This document shows, piece by piece, positions 1-9,840 of a stretch of DNA of 64,000 nt. Positions within the stretch are counted from its first letter, which is position 1, and each line of letters opens with the position of its first letter. Both the position numbers and the translations under genes were made by a program. The notes below the pieces were generated by a model that was not told the origin of the DNA, ran no database searches, and saw nothing but the letters and a program-made list of their open reading frames with translations. Source of the DNA: an uncultured Nitrospiraceae bacterium (GTDB lineage Bacteria; Nitrospirota; Nitrospiria; Nitrospirales; Nitrospiraceae); the NCBI GenBank assembly GCA_963730935.1, contig CAVSTP010000004.1:736001-800000 (forward strand), in the 5' to 3' direction.

Positions 1-125
1 GATTCCTGACCTAGAAGGCCACGCCGATCATGCCCTGCGAGCTATCTCACATGGGCTCGCCGGCACCTCATCGTGCTTCCGCTCCACTAGTGCGTGAGCA
101 ATTTTGACCAGCCAGGTAGTTCCCT

Positions 126-518
126 ATGCCTAGACCGCCCCAAAAGCGCGGACTCCAGCGAAACTTCTATGCTCGGATCTTCCGCCCTGCAGTCAACGCG
201 GCCAAACTCGAGGACGGCGTGGGCTGGCACGCCCTCCGCCATACCTTCGCCTCACGGCTGGCGATGAGCGGCCAAACCGAGGGGACCATTGCCACCCTCA
301 TGCGGCATAGCACGACGGCGCTGGTGCGACGGTATGCCCACCTGTCCCCATCCTACCTGCATGCCGCCGTCGAAACGGTAGCCGCCTACGGCAAGCCAAA
401 CCCGAAAAGTGCGCCAATTTCAGTGGGAACCGTGACAGAAACCGGAAAGGGTCTCGGACACGGCGAAGGGAATGGAACGGAAGTGATTGAAAAAGTTGGA
501 GCGGGCGATGGGATTTGA
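126..518 (+). mobile_element. C-terminal part of a tyrosine recombinase/integrase of an element integrated at the tRNA-Gly 3' end (5' part degraded or outside the window)
   Basis: WHALRHTFASRLAMSG...LMRHSTTALVRRYAHL contains the H-x-x-R and H...Y catalytic boxes; the stop codon lies inside the tRNA gene. Confidence 0.85.
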
Positions 519-571
519 ACCCACGACAACTAGCTTGGGAAGCTAGGACTCTACCACTGAGCTACGCCCGC
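497..571 (-). tRNA. tRNA-Gly(CCC)
   Basis: Reverse complement GCGGGCGTAGCTCAGTGGTAGAGTCCTAGCTTCCCAAGCTAGTTGTCGTGGGTTCAAATCCCATCGCCCGCTCCA folds as a cloverleaf with anticodon CCC and encoded CCA. Confidence 0.97.
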
Positions 572-900
572 TCGCTTCGGTTTGTCGAGCACTTAGGGAT
601 GTACCACCAACTGCCACAGGCTCAGGTGTTATTACGGTGTTAGTTCTGAACGAGTGCAGCTGCCCCGCCGATTTGTGGAGGTCTTGCGGCTCAATTGTAG
701 TGCATCCGATCCGACTTGTGACCAACGATTTTCATCGCCGTCGCCGTATCAACACCTGCCCGTCTCATATTCGTACTGGCGGTATGGCGAAAATCATGGA
801 TACGCAGGTTGGTGATTCCTGCTCGGCGACAGGCCGCCTTAAACGCCGTCCCAATTCGCTGTATAGGCCTATCGTTATACAGGAACACCCGTTTGGTGTC
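543..900 (-). pseudogene. Truncated, frameshifted tyrosine integrase (C-terminal fragment)
   Basis: ORF 691-888 has AFKAACRRAGITNLRIHDFRHTASTNMRRAGVDTATAMKIVGHKS; it continues after a frameshift in ORF 543-725 (TIEPQDLHKSAGQL...) and reads into the tRNA 5' end. Confidence 0.8.
624..643. repeat. Putative integrase arm-type site, copy 1 (aggtgttattacggtgttag)
   Basis: 19/20 identical to 6398-6417; internal ggtgtta repeat at 12-bp spacing. Confidence 0.6.
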
Positions 901-964
901 TAGGAGACGCTCCTTCCATAGCTCTGCAAAAACTTGGTGTACGGCTGGTTTTGCCCCATCGAGT

Positions 965-1207
965 TTAGGCGGCTTTATGGGCGATTTCAGCCCTTCTGGT
1001 GGATAGCTTTTTCGCCCTTGCTTTTCCGCCCTTGAGTCCTCCTAGCCGTCCAAGGGTTACGGCAGTAGGGTTCCTCTCGGGCTGGCCAGACTCCCCATCC
1101 TTCTTAACGGAACGAGCTAGACGGGGCTTATTTTCATCCTTCGTCACTTCTCGCAGAATCTCGAAATCCGTTACGTTCACATCGGTGGATTTCTTCTTTT
1201 TAGCCAT
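965..1207 (-). pseudogene. Small basic protein with the 'AVxLGRLGGLKGGKARA' motif, probably prematurely stopped; typical passenger of IS-like elements
   Basis: RNPTAVTLGRLGGLKGGKARAKKLS...EIAHKAA*TRWG; the stop interrupts the usual KAAxxRW ending. Confidence 0.6.
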
Positions 1208-1257
1208 GCGGTCACTATACATGACCGCTTAAGCACGTGACTGTGCTATATCGTACC

Positions 1258-1277
1258 TTTCAAACTGACCCACTACC
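1258..1277 (-). mobile_element. Orphan IS1-family-like terminal inverted repeat (GGTAGTGGGTCAGTTTGAAA)
   Basis: GGTAGTG start resembles IS1-family ends; it sits just upstream of the small basic gene; no transposase or second end found. Confidence 0.45.
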
Positions 1278-1419
1278 GAGAATGGGCTTGCTTGACACCA
1301 GCCTTCTAAAGAGCCTGGCTATCGGACAAGCTACATACACAACTGCCGACGGCCTCTTTGGAAGGCCCGACCGCCGACATCTTTGTGAGAAAGGCGGTCG
1401 CCCACTCTGCCATCTCAAA

Positions 1420-1809
1420 TTAGCGCTCCTTGTTTAGCCATTCGGTAGCATCTTGTAGAGTCTCAAAGACCCTGAGCATCGCCCCTCGATTCACGGCCAC
1501 GGTTTCCGCGAATCTTGCCGGGTCACGAAGAGGCTCATGGATAACATACGCAAACCGCAGATGGATGTTATGCTCAACGACAATCCTGTGAGTTTCTGTC
1601 GCGGCGAATTCGCCGTAGTAGAAGCGCTCCATGTGCTTGGGGTTTCCGTGCACGTTCCGGCCATCAAGTAATATTTTCTCAGCCTTATGTCGGACAACAG
1701 GGTCAAGCATTTCAAGGAAGGACTTTTTGGCCTCCTCCAGCGTGAACTCTCCGCTTGCAACCACGTTGAGAAAGCCCGACTGAAAATGCATGTTCTGCCG
1801 TATGCTCAT
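1420..1809 (-). CDS. Hypothetical protein, STAS/SpoIIAA-like fold
   Basis: 129-aa ORF with KILLDGR...FAYV...RFAETVAVNRG...RVFETLQDATEWL pattern. Confidence 0.6.
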   Translation of the reverse strand: MSIRQNMHFQSGFLNVVASGEFTLEEAKKSFLEMLDPVVRHKAEKILLDGRNVHGNPKHMERFYYGEFAATETHRIVVEHNIHLRFAYVIHEPLRDPARFAETVAVNRGAMLRVFETLQDATEWLNKER

Positions 1810-2213
1810 TCTATATTAGTGACGAGGAGTGAAGAATTTCGAGCGGAGGCTGTTCGACAGCGCATGTTGCATGGACAACTCTGGTAATTGTCGCCACGAT
1901 GAAAAGGTACATCAACAGCGTTTGTCGAACAAGCGCCAGTCCAGCGCTTTCATGGTCAGCTATGATCCACCCGATTGCTTTTTGGGATCATCCCTGTATG
2001 CGCCTTTACCTGACTGGCAGTCGGCCATGCTACCTCCTGGCGCAAGGGTGGCTTTAGGCTCACCGCACCTCACACCGCGATAGACCCCGCCCAGGTGAAA
2101 AGTAGAAAAGCCCATCGCAGAATGTCTACACTGTAATTCGCTCTCGTTTTGCATTCTACGTCTTGAGGTTCCCTAGCGGCGGCAGTAGGATGCGGCCCAA
2201 GAGGAGTTCAGTT

Positions 2214-2759
2214 ATGACTACACATCCTTCCACCCCTCAGTCCAACATCGAGCTTATGCGGAGAGCGTTCACGGCATTGGGACGTAAGGATGTGGATGCC
2301 TGTGTGAAACTTATGCCGTCGGATTTCACGATCAACATCGCTGGAATGCCTTACCAAAAGAGAGGAACCGACGCCTGGCGAAAGCACGCTGAAATCCTCT
2401 TCTCAGCATTTCCAGACATTCAAACACACATTGAGGATATCTTCGCCAGCGACGACAAAGTCGCTGTTCGCATGCGCTTGACGGGCACGCATACCGGGGA
2501 ATTCCTTGGAATTCAACCCACGGGAAAGAAAGTAGAGTACGAGAGCAACGAACTTTACCGCATTGCCGATGGAAAGATTGCCGAGGAGTGGATTTGCTCC
2601 GACATGCTTACGCTGATGGCCCAAATAGGCGGGACTGGGCTTTCGATGGGCAAGCTCGCGTCCATGTGGCTTGCTGGTTATCGGGTATGGTTCGCGCTTT
2701 TTCTTGGCATCGCCATCGGGATGCTCTCGATGGTACTGCTGCGCTTCGTATTATCATGA
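2214..2759 (+). CDS. SnoaL-like ester cyclase (NTF2 fold) with a C-terminal transmembrane helix
   Basis: AFPDIQTHIEDIFASDDKVAVRMRLTGTHTGEFLGIQPTGKKV...DGKIAEEW; GAGGAG RBS before ATG 2214. Confidence 0.85.
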   Translation: MTTHPSTPQSNIELMRRAFTALGRKDVDACVKLMPSDFTINIAGMPYQKRGTDAWRKHAEILFSAFPDIQTHIEDIFASDDKVAVRMRLTGTHTGEFLGIQPTGKKVEYESNELYRIADGKIAEEWICSDMLTLMAQIGGTGLSMGKLASMWLAGYRVWFALFLGIAIGMLSMVLLRFVLS

Positions 2760-3089
2760 GCCTCTTGGCCCTCCCTCCCCTATTTCACCGTGGAACAAGG
2801 CCGGCGTGGAGACGTAGAATGCGGCGATGGGCGCTGAAGCTGCCCTGACCGACCTCTGAACCTCCCCTGCCGCGCGAAGCGACAGAAATCCCCATCAAAT
2901 AATTTTTCCGCAGGACTTCACTTCACATCGCTAGGGTTCATACTGCAAATAATCCCTCTTCTGGGGAATGTAATACTGCCCGGCAAAGTCCTAAGCTGTC
3001 GTCATGGGTGGCACTCGAAGGGCGCACTCGGTTGAGAAAGGCGTGTTAGGACCCCCTCTCGCGCGGATTTCACAGGTGGAAACGCTACA

Positions 3090-4520
3090 ATGACTCTAAG
3101 CATCTCTCGACAGAAAAATGACTTACTCCTTCTTGCGTCCCTCATTCTGCTCGAATTGTCGACCGCTGTCGTGCCGATGGCGATTTACATGAAGGGGGAT
3201 AGGCCCTTTGCGGAGTTTCTCTCCAGCAGGCCAGGCATCCTGTTTCTTTTGGCCATCGCTACCATTGTCGTAACTGGGGCAGTCCTTGTTCATCAATTTC
3301 TGGCACACAAACGGTCGCCATCGGGCCATTTTCCTATGATCGTGACAGTGAACCTCGTCACCGTGATACTTATTGTGGTTACCGGTGAGGTCGCTCTTAG
3401 AGCAGTCTCTCGTAGTTCAGTGGAGGGCGAGACAGTTGGCGGCGTAGTCTTGAAGCCGAAAAACTGGGACACGTTCGTCCAACACTACCGCCAGCTGAAC
3501 AATCGAGCCGGCGGGGATTTTTCCTATCTGGTCTATGACGATCTCATGGGCTGGACGGTAGGACCAAATAGACGGAGCGCCAATGGGCTTTATCGCTCAA
3601 GCGTGGAGGGAATACGCGCGTCTGAGGAAGGGGTTTCGTTCGCACGGCCCGAAGGAGGAACAAGGATAGCTCTGATAGGCGATTCACACACCTTCGGCGA
3701 AGATGTGAAGTATGAGGAGACGTGGGGGTATTTTTTAGAAAAGGAGTTAGGTCCCGAGTTTCAGGTCTTGAACTTCGGGGTCTCGGGGTATGGTTTGGAC
3801 CAAATGTTCCTTCGGTATGAAAAGGATATCCGCCGATGGAAGCCCAGAATCGTGATCTTTGGCTTCACCTCTCATGATACTGAGCGTACGATGTTCGTGT
3901 ATCCCTTTATCTCCTTTCCTGAGTGGGACATGCCGTTTTCAAAATCTCGTTTCATCTTGCGAGAGGGAGAACTCGCGAACATCAATGCACCAGCCCCTGC
4001 TCCAGAAGTCATCTTTTCCCGAGCATCGATTGTCAACCTTTCCGCTCTTGAGTATCACAGAGGCTACACGCAGAGCGATTGGGAGAGACGCTTTTATCAT
4101 CTCTCCTATCTCGCCCGGCTGTTCGTGTCCTGGGTGCCTCGCTGGACAATCGAACACTCCGATGTGTCTGAAAAAGCGCTTGTGACCGTCAATGCATCCA
4201 TTTTGAAGGCATTTACACGGTCAACAGTGGAAGCGGGCGCGATTCCTCTCATCATCTATTTCCCCAATAAGGAGGAACTTGAGAAAGGGAACTCGCCTGT
4301 GAGTAACGGCAAAAGAGTATTGCAAGAGGCGGGCATTGCCTACACTGATCTCACCTCTTGTCTCTTGCCGCTAAACGCCGCTGATCTCTACGTCCCGGCA
4401 CATCGTCACTACTCGTCACAAGGCAACGCAGTGGTTGCGAACTGTCTCCATAAGGTGGTGAATGAGGCGCTCGCAAGATCGCACAAACCAAAGCCAGCAG
4501 CCGTTCACACGCACCGGTGA
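3090..4520 (+). CDS. Membrane-anchored SGNH/GDSL hydrolase family protein
   Basis: Three N-terminal hydrophobic helices; ALIGDSHTFG block I, NFGVSGYG block II, HYSSQGN block V. Confidence 0.85.
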   Translation: MTLSISRQKNDLLLLASLILLELSTAVVPMAIYMKGDRPFAEFLSSRPGILFLLAIATIVVTGAVLVHQFLAHKRSPSGHFPMIVTVNLVTVILIVVTGEVALRAVSRSSVEGETVGGVVLKPKNWDTFVQHYRQLNNRAGGDFSYLVYDDLMGWTVGPNRRSANGLYRSSVEGIRASEEGVSFARPEGGTRIALIGDSHTFGEDVKYEETWGYFLEKELGPEFQVLNFGVSGYGLDQMFLRYEKDIRRWKPRIVIFGFTSHDTERTMFVYPFISFPEWDMPFSKSRFILREGELANINAPAPAPEVIFSRASIVNLSALEYHRGYTQSDWERRFYHLSYLARLFVSWVPRWTIEHSDVSEKALVTVNASILKAFTRSTVEAGAIPLIIYFPNKEELEKGNSPVSNGKRVLQEAGIAYTDLTSCLLPLNAADLYVPAHRHYSSQGNAVVANCLHKVVNEALARSHKPKPAAVHTHR

Positions 4521-4883
4521 AATTATATACGTCCTTGGAAAGCTGCATATCCCTTCTTAGAGAGATGCAGAAGACTGTCAGGTGGTAGGCCTCGGTGGCT
4601 CCTGCTTTGATGACCGACGACGAGCGCAGCCATTGCTGGCATGTGCGCAAGAGTTTTACAGGCCGTAGGAAACGGAGAAGCTCGCGGTGCTCAACCAACA
4701 GTATGAACGCTGGCTTGGACGCTGGCGTGGATTTCGGTGCCCATGAAAAGAACCAACCAATACAGCAAGACGACCATGAGCAAGGCGCCAATCACAGTCA
4801 TGATCCAAAGCTGTGTTTGGTACTTCATATCTGCCCCTTCGAGCTAAGGTGGCTGCTCTTTCCAGAAGATCGAGGCCACCCGG

Positions 4884-5402
4884 CTATGCTGTGCCCTGTG
4901 CGTTAACTTCTATGACTGTGAGTGATTTGTTTTTCTGATTCCGCTGAATTTTCCAGCGACTGTGGACAGTGACCAGCGAGCCGTCACGACGCCTATGGAT
5001 TAGCTGCCCTTCCCACGACAAGTTTTTTCGCGTTTCTCTTTCAATTCTAGTCAGTGACGTAGGAAATTTTGTCTTGAAAAGGTTGTGCGTACGCGCGCCA
5101 AGCACTTCTTGCGGCGTCCATCCGTAGATGAGCTCAGCTTCTCTGCTCCAATACCGAATTGTCCCGTCCTCATCACGCACGATCAGCGCTTCCAGAGTCC
5201 TATCATCAGACCGTTCGTTGAATGCGTGATCCTGGGTAAAGTCAAACGAAGGCAGGTGCTGCAGAAACTCCCGGATCAACCGACGCACAATTTGTGATGC
5301 GCTGACCCGACTGCCGGTACGCTGCGTCTCTATCTTGCCCAGGCGCTCCAGCGCCTTTAGATCCAGATCGTCGAGGTGCAGCGATGTTCGCTTCATCGTC
5401 AT
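4884..5402 (-). CDS. Ribbon-helix-helix (CopG-like) + PAS domain protein, putative one-component regulator
   Basis: N-terminus KRTSLHLDDLDLKALERLG...SASQIVRRLIREFL; C-terminal PAS ALIVRDEDGTIRYWSREAELIYGWTPQEVLG...RRRDGSLVTVHSRW. Confidence 0.75.
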   Translation of the reverse strand: MTMKRTSLHLDDLDLKALERLGKIETQRTGSRVSASQIVRRLIREFLQHLPSFDFTQDHAFNERSDDRTLEALIVRDEDGTIRYWSREAELIYGWTPQEVLGARTHNLFKTKFPTSLTRIERETRKNLSWEGQLIHRRRDGSLVTVHSRWKIQRNQKNKSLTVIEVNAQGTA

Positions 5403-5412
5403 CTCGACTATT

Positions 5413-5430
5413 TTATTACAAAGGTAATAA
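5413..5430. promoter_or_regulatory. Perfect 7-4-7 palindrome TTATTAC-aaag-GTAATAA overlapping a TAAAAT -10 box of the RHH-PAS gene
   Basis: Seen directly; the -10-like hexamer is 7 nt from the ATG. Confidence 0.5.
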
Positions 5431-5941
5431 CAAAGTAAACTACACTTGAAGGCAGCTGCAGCTTGTGGTCACGGACATGAATGCTCTTCGGTGCGAGCAC
5501 ATCTATGTTGCTGGTGGGAGTATGCAATCAGCTGGTTTGGATGGTACCCCTGGCGGTGCTGCCATTGTCGCACACGTAAGTGGTTACGAGTGTTTTAGCG
5601 TTATGCAGGCACCACTACAACACATGAACACAGCGGCCCCAGTGGACGTTAAGACCGATGACATTCGACAGGTAATTCTCGACCGTCAAAGAGGCAGGCA
5701 CTTACTATGTGGCTAAAGCGTGACAGAACTATCGTGCCCGATGGGTTTGCATCAGGCGCAAAGGGACCATCACGGGCGCGGCATAATCATGCTCAGAATG
5801 GGGTCACCGCCACCAAAGTCGAACGGGCTGAATCGAGGCCAGTTCAGGCCCTAGAGGCCCGTTCAGGAGATTTGTTTGGGGGTCGGATCAGAGGGACCGA
5901 GATCAGGTAGCTAGAACGGGGACCAAAACCGGGATCAACAC

Positions 5942-6256
5942 TTATTTTCTTGTTTTCATTAGGGGGTACCCTTTCTTGGACATACATTTGTGAAATTTAA
6001 CGCGTGACTCGGGTGTTGCACCAAACAGGATGACGGACGGGCCTTCACTGTATGCGTCGAAGTCAGGATCGTCTCGATGGACCGATTGGGTGCAACTATC
6101 AACCGCGCGTTCAAGGTCGCTACGTAAGGTCCAAAATTCTATCACTGCGGTTCTGTAGTCATGCAGTTCGAATGCTTTATAGGCTTCAGAGAAACCCGTC
6201 AACCCGGGTACTGGGAAGAGGAGGATAATCGTGATGAGGAGAATGCCTTTTCTCAT
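5942..6256 (-). CDS. Small secreted hypothetical protein
   Basis: 104-aa ORF with a signal-peptide-like N-terminus and two Cys. Confidence 0.55.
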   Translation of the reverse strand: MRKGILLITIILLFPVPGLTGFSEAYKAFELHDYRTAVIEFWTLRSDLERAVDSCTQSVHRDDPDFDAYSEGPSVILFGATPESRVKFHKCMSKKGYPLMKTRK

Positions 6257-6397
6257 TGGGCTTCTATCATTTGTTTGTAACTGCGAGCGGGGTCCTTCCC
6301 TCCCGTCGTAATAGCCATAGCACGCAGCAGTCTACCCTGCTACTTTTCAGTTAAAAACTGGCACCAGAAACGGTTGGCTCCGGTACCGACGAACCCG

Positions 6398-6417
6398 AGG
6401 TGCTATTACGGTGTTAG
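6398..6417. repeat. Putative integrase arm-type site, copy 2
   Basis: aggtgctattacggtgttag, direct repeat of 624-643. Confidence 0.6.
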
Positions 6418-6545
6418 GAATTGAGACGGAAGCATCAGGAAAGACCACAACTGGGAAGGATAGAAGGGAAACGGTCGACGACTGAATCTCCAGGAATTAA
6501 ATGGGATTGCGCATGAATGCTTAGCTTAGGCAATCCCTCTCTCTC

Positions 6546-6588
6546 AGCTTGCGAAGCTAGGACTCTACCACTGAGCTACGCCCGCTCG
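6546..6588 (-). pseudogene. 5'-half fragment of tRNA-Gly (att site); anticodon reads CGC instead of CCC
   Basis: 42/43 identical to 532-574; it ends within the anticodon arm. Confidence 0.85.
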
Positions 6589-6603
6589 TTCAAACCAGCC
6601 GGA

Positions 6604-6632
6604 ATCCTACGATGGCACTAACGCCAAGTCAA
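6604..6632 (-). promoter_or_regulatory. Sigma70-type promoter (TTGACT-17-TAGGAT), the original tRNA-Gly promoter
   Basis: Near-consensus hexamers with a 17-nt spacer just upstream of the tRNA 5' fragment. Confidence 0.7.
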
Positions 6633-6645
6633 GGAAGCCCTTCGC

Positions 6646-7881
6646 TCATCTGGACTCGGCCTTCCATTCAACAAGGGCAAACTTCTTTCTTCCAATCTTC
6701 AATCGGCGCTGTTGATTGAGTCTAAAGCGAATGAGCTTGTTCGGGTCCGGTTCTTTCTCGCCGTCAATCTCGATCCCTCCTTGAATGATCAACCGCCTGG
6801 CCTCGCTCTTACTGGCGACCAGATTCGTCTTCATCACCAAATCGGGAAGCTTGATATCGCCTTCGTCACCCCCGTCAAGCCCGGTCATATCCGTCGTCTG
6901 AAGCTGCACGACCGTATCCGGGACATCGGGGAACTCCCGGTCTTGGAACTTTTGCTGAAACCCTGCAAGGGCATTTCGGGCCGCCTCTTGCCCGTGATAC
7001 CGCTCGACAAGTAGACCCGCCAGTTGCTGTTTGGCTTCCATGGGATGCGCCGTCTTGACCCGAGCCAGATCCTCGGTCGTCAGGAGCTCATAGTAACGGA
7101 GCATCAAATCGTCGCTGATGGACATAATCTTGCCGAACATGTCTCCCGGCACATCTTCGAGTGCCACATAGTTGCCGATGCTCTTGCTCATTTTCTTCAC
7201 GCCATCCGTGCCCTCGAGCAATGGCATCGTGACGACGACTTGTGGTTCCTGTCCGTAATCTCTCTGCAGTTCTCGCCCCACCAGGAGGTTGAATTTTTGG
7301 TCGGTGCCACCCAATTCGACATCGGACTTCAACGCCACGGAATCATATCCCTGCACGAGCGGATACAGGAATTCATGAATGCTGATCGGCTTTTGCTCTT
7401 GGAAGCGCTTGTGAAAATCATCCCGCTCCATCATGCGCGCGACCCGATAGTGCGCGGCCAGCTCGATGAGGTCCCCCGCTGTCATGGGTCCCATCCATCG
7501 ACTGTTGAATTCAATCAGGGTCTTTTCCTGATCGAGAATCTTGAAGATCTGCCGCTGATAGGTCTTGGCATTGTCTTGCACTTGCGCCTTGGTGAGGACC
7601 TTTCTGGTTTCGGACACTCCGGTGGGGTCGCCGATCAAGCCCGTAAAATCGCCGATCAGGAAAATGACCTGGTGGCCAAGATCCTGGAAATGCTTGAGCT
7701 TATGGATGAGCACCGTATGGCCGAGATGCAGATCAGGCGCCGTCGGATCGAAGCCGGCCTTAATGCGTAGCGGCCGGCGTTCCTTGAGCGAGCGCACCAA
7801 CTTGGATTCCAGCTCCGCCTCTTGAATGACCTCGACCGCACCTCGAAGGATCAGATCGAGCTGACGCGACAGTTCGCTCAT
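6646..7881 (-). CDS. tyrS: Tyrosyl-tRNA synthetase
   Basis: [13 protein letters not shown] (HIGH) and KMSKS motifs; C-terminal S4 domain. Confidence 0.98.
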   Translation of the reverse strand: MSELSRQLDLILRGAVEVIQEAELESKLVRSLKERRPLRIKAGFDPTAPDLHLGHTVLIHKLKHFQDLGHQVIFLIGDFTGLIGDPTGVSETRKVLTKAQVQDNAKTYQRQIFKILDQEKTLIEFNSRWMGPMTAGDLIELAAHYRVARMMERDDFHKRFQEQKPISIHEFLYPLVQGYDSVALKSDVELGGTDQKFNLLVGRELQRDYGQEPQVVVTMPLLEGTDGVKKMSKSIGNYVALEDVPGDMFGKIMSISDDLMLRYYELLTTEDLARVKTAHPMEAKQQLAGLLVERYHGQEAARNALAGFQQKFQDREFPDVPDTVVQLQTTDMTGLDGGDEGDIKLPDLVMKTNLVASKSEARRLIIQGGIEIDGEKEPDPNKLIRFRLNQQRRLKIGRKKFALVEWKAESR

Positions 7882-8339
7882 GCGGTCTTCCTCGCAGATC
7901 TTGTGATCCCCGCCGGCAGAACGGCAACGAAGGCGCGTATCCGTTCGAACGTCTTTTTTCCAATGCCCTTTACACGACGCAGCTGTTCGATGTCTTGGAA
8001 TGCTCCTCGCGACTCCCGATACTCGACAATGCGGCGGGCCAACACGGGACCGATGCCGGGCAGCCGTTCGAGATCCCCTTCAGTCGCCCGATTCACATCC
8101 AGTGTGAGCGGGGCAGAGGGTCGCGAAAACGCTCGCACATGCCGCTGAGAAGGCGGCGTCGACGGCACTTCCGGCGTGGCTGGCGGAAGCGGCAGGAGAG
8201 GAGATCGATCGGCCTCTACGGGTCCTTCAGCATGCAGTATCTCAGCATCGCGCGAGGCTGGGATCGTCCACCCGATCCAGCAGACAATGCCCATGGTCAG
8301 GGCCACCATGGCCAGCTTGGCGAGCAACGAGAAGAGCAT
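7878..8339 (-). CDS. comEA: ComEA-family helix-hairpin-helix DNA-binding protein
   Basis: N-terminal TM helix; [29 protein letters not shown]...VKGIGKKT. Confidence 0.9.
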   Translation of the reverse strand: MLFSLLAKLAMVALTMGIVCWIGWTIPASRDAEILHAEGPVEADRSPLLPLPPATPEVPSTPPSQRHVRAFSRPSAPLTLDVNRATEGDLERLPGIGPVLARRIVEYRESRGAFQDIEQLRRVKGIGKKTFERIRAFVAVLPAGITRSARKTA

Positions 8340-9769
8340 CAGCCGACCTGCTTCTTTACGTGATGAATGGCTTTGTCCTCTGCATCTTCCGCCGCCTCCA
8401 TCAATCCTTCGGCAAGCGTCGGATGCGCATGAATCATCTCGGCGACCTGCGAGACGGTAGCCCCCACTTGCATGGCCAGAGCGGCTTCATGAATCAGATC
8501 TGCGGCATGCGCGCCGACGATGTGGACACCGAGAATCTTGCCGCTGTGGGCGTCTGCAATCACCTTACAGAAGCCGGCGGTGTCCCCTGCCGCCTGAGCC
8601 TTCCCCAACGCCGCGTATCGAAAGCGGCCGATCTTGAGCCCGCCGTTCGGCGCGCCGCCGTTCGTCTCCGTTCGTTCCCGTGCTTGCGCCTCAGTCAGTC
8701 CGACCCGACCGATTTCAGGGAGCGTAAAAATCCCCGCAGGAACCACGTCGTACTGCATGGAGGTCCGGTGGCCCAGGATGTGTTCCACGGCCACCTTGCC
8801 TTGGGCCGACGCCACATGGGCCAACATCGCCTTTCCCGTCACGTCTCCGATCGCATAGATGCCCGACACCGACGTTTCCATCTGTGCATTGACGAGAATC
8901 TCTCCTCGCCGGCCGGTTTGCACACCTACGGCTTCCAATCCGATTCCCCGGCTGTTGAGTCCACGGCCAACCGAGACCAAGAGCACTTCGGCTTCCACGG
9001 TCGCGCCGTCTTTGAGATGCGCCGCGACGGTGTGCTCCTGGCGGTCGAGCCGTTCCACCGTCGTTCCCGTGATAACGGTGACATTCCGTTTTTTCAGCTC
9101 CCGCGACATCGTGGAGGACACGTCTTCGTCTTCGAGCGGAAGGATTCGATCCATCAGTTCGACGATCGTCACGTCCGTGCCGAGTCCGCTGTACAGGGCG
9201 GCAAATTCACAGCCTTCCACACCGCCCCCGATGATCAGGAGTCGCCTGGGAATCGCGGTGAGGTCCAACAGCTGCTGACTCGTCAGGATCTGCCGCCCGT
9301 CAATAGGAAACTGGGAAAGATCAGGCCAGGATGACCCGGTGGCGATGATGATGGCATCGGCGCTTATCGACCGCTCGGCGCCGTCTTTCAGCACGACTCG
9401 TAGCCCGTGCCGGTCTTGGAGTAGGCCACGGCCTTCCACGTACTCAATATTCCAGGCTTTGAAGAGGGTGGCGATGCCTTTGACGAGGCCGGTTACGACC
9501 TGGTTTTTTCTGACCACCATCTGCGAGAGATCATAGGTCACAGGTCCGTTCACATGTAGCCCCATCGCCGCAGCCTTCTTGACCTTGTCACCGAGTTCCA
9601 CGACGGCCAGAAGCGCTTTGCTCGGAATGCAACCCCAATTGAGGCACACGCCGCCTAGGGCTTGCGCTTCAACGACACTCACACGCGCCCCAAGTTGGGC
9701 GGCTCTGATGGCGGCGACGTACCCGCCCGGCCCGGCACCGAGAATGGCGATATGAGGTTGAACTGGCAT
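8339..9769 (-). CDS. lpdA: Dihydrolipoamide dehydrogenase
   Basis: GAGPGGYVAA, GGVCLNWGCIPSK and HAHPTLAE motifs. Confidence 0.97.
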   Translation of the reverse strand: MPVQPHIAILGAGPGGYVAAIRAAQLGARVSVVEAQALGGVCLNWGCIPSKALLAVVELGDKVKKAAAMGLHVNGPVTYDLSQMVVRKNQVVTGLVKGIATLFKAWNIEYVEGRGLLQDRHGLRVVLKDGAERSISADAIIIATGSSWPDLSQFPIDGRQILTSQQLLDLTAIPRRLLIIGGGVEGCEFAALYSGLGTDVTIVELMDRILPLEDEDVSSTMSRELKKRNVTVITGTTVERLDRQEHTVAAHLKDGATVEAEVLLVSVGRGLNSRGIGLEAVGVQTGRRGEILVNAQMETSVSGIYAIGDVTGKAMLAHVASAQGKVAVEHILGHRTSMQYDVVPAGIFTLPEIGRVGLTEAQARERTETNGGAPNGGLKIGRFRYAALGKAQAAGDTAGFCKVIADAHSGKILGVHIVGAHAADLIHEAALAMQVGATVSQVAEMIHAHPTLAEGLMEAAEDAEDKAIHHVKKQVG

Positions 9770-9840
9770 ACCAGGATTGTCGGCGGAGGTCGGAGTTCAG
9801 AGAGACAGGGTCTGCTCCGGCGCTCGTCCGGAGCGGTGAC

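Larger units (their letters stand above)
532..6588. mobile_element. Decayed ~6-kb genomic island bounded by a 43-bp direct repeat of the tRNA-Gly 5' half
   Basis: 532-574 and 6546-6588 are identical apart from one base; integrase remnant at the tRNA-proximal end; accessory cargo genes. Confidence 0.85.

Noticed and set aside
5465..5940. Additional genes or att remnants inside the island
   Set aside because: The ORFs have no recognisable motifs, and the resemblance of aacggggaccaaaaccgggatc to arm sites is too weak to support.
6546..6588. Functional tRNA-Ala(CGC)
   Set aside because: Only the 5' half is present, with no T-arm or acceptor 3' strand; it is an att remnant of tRNA-Gly.
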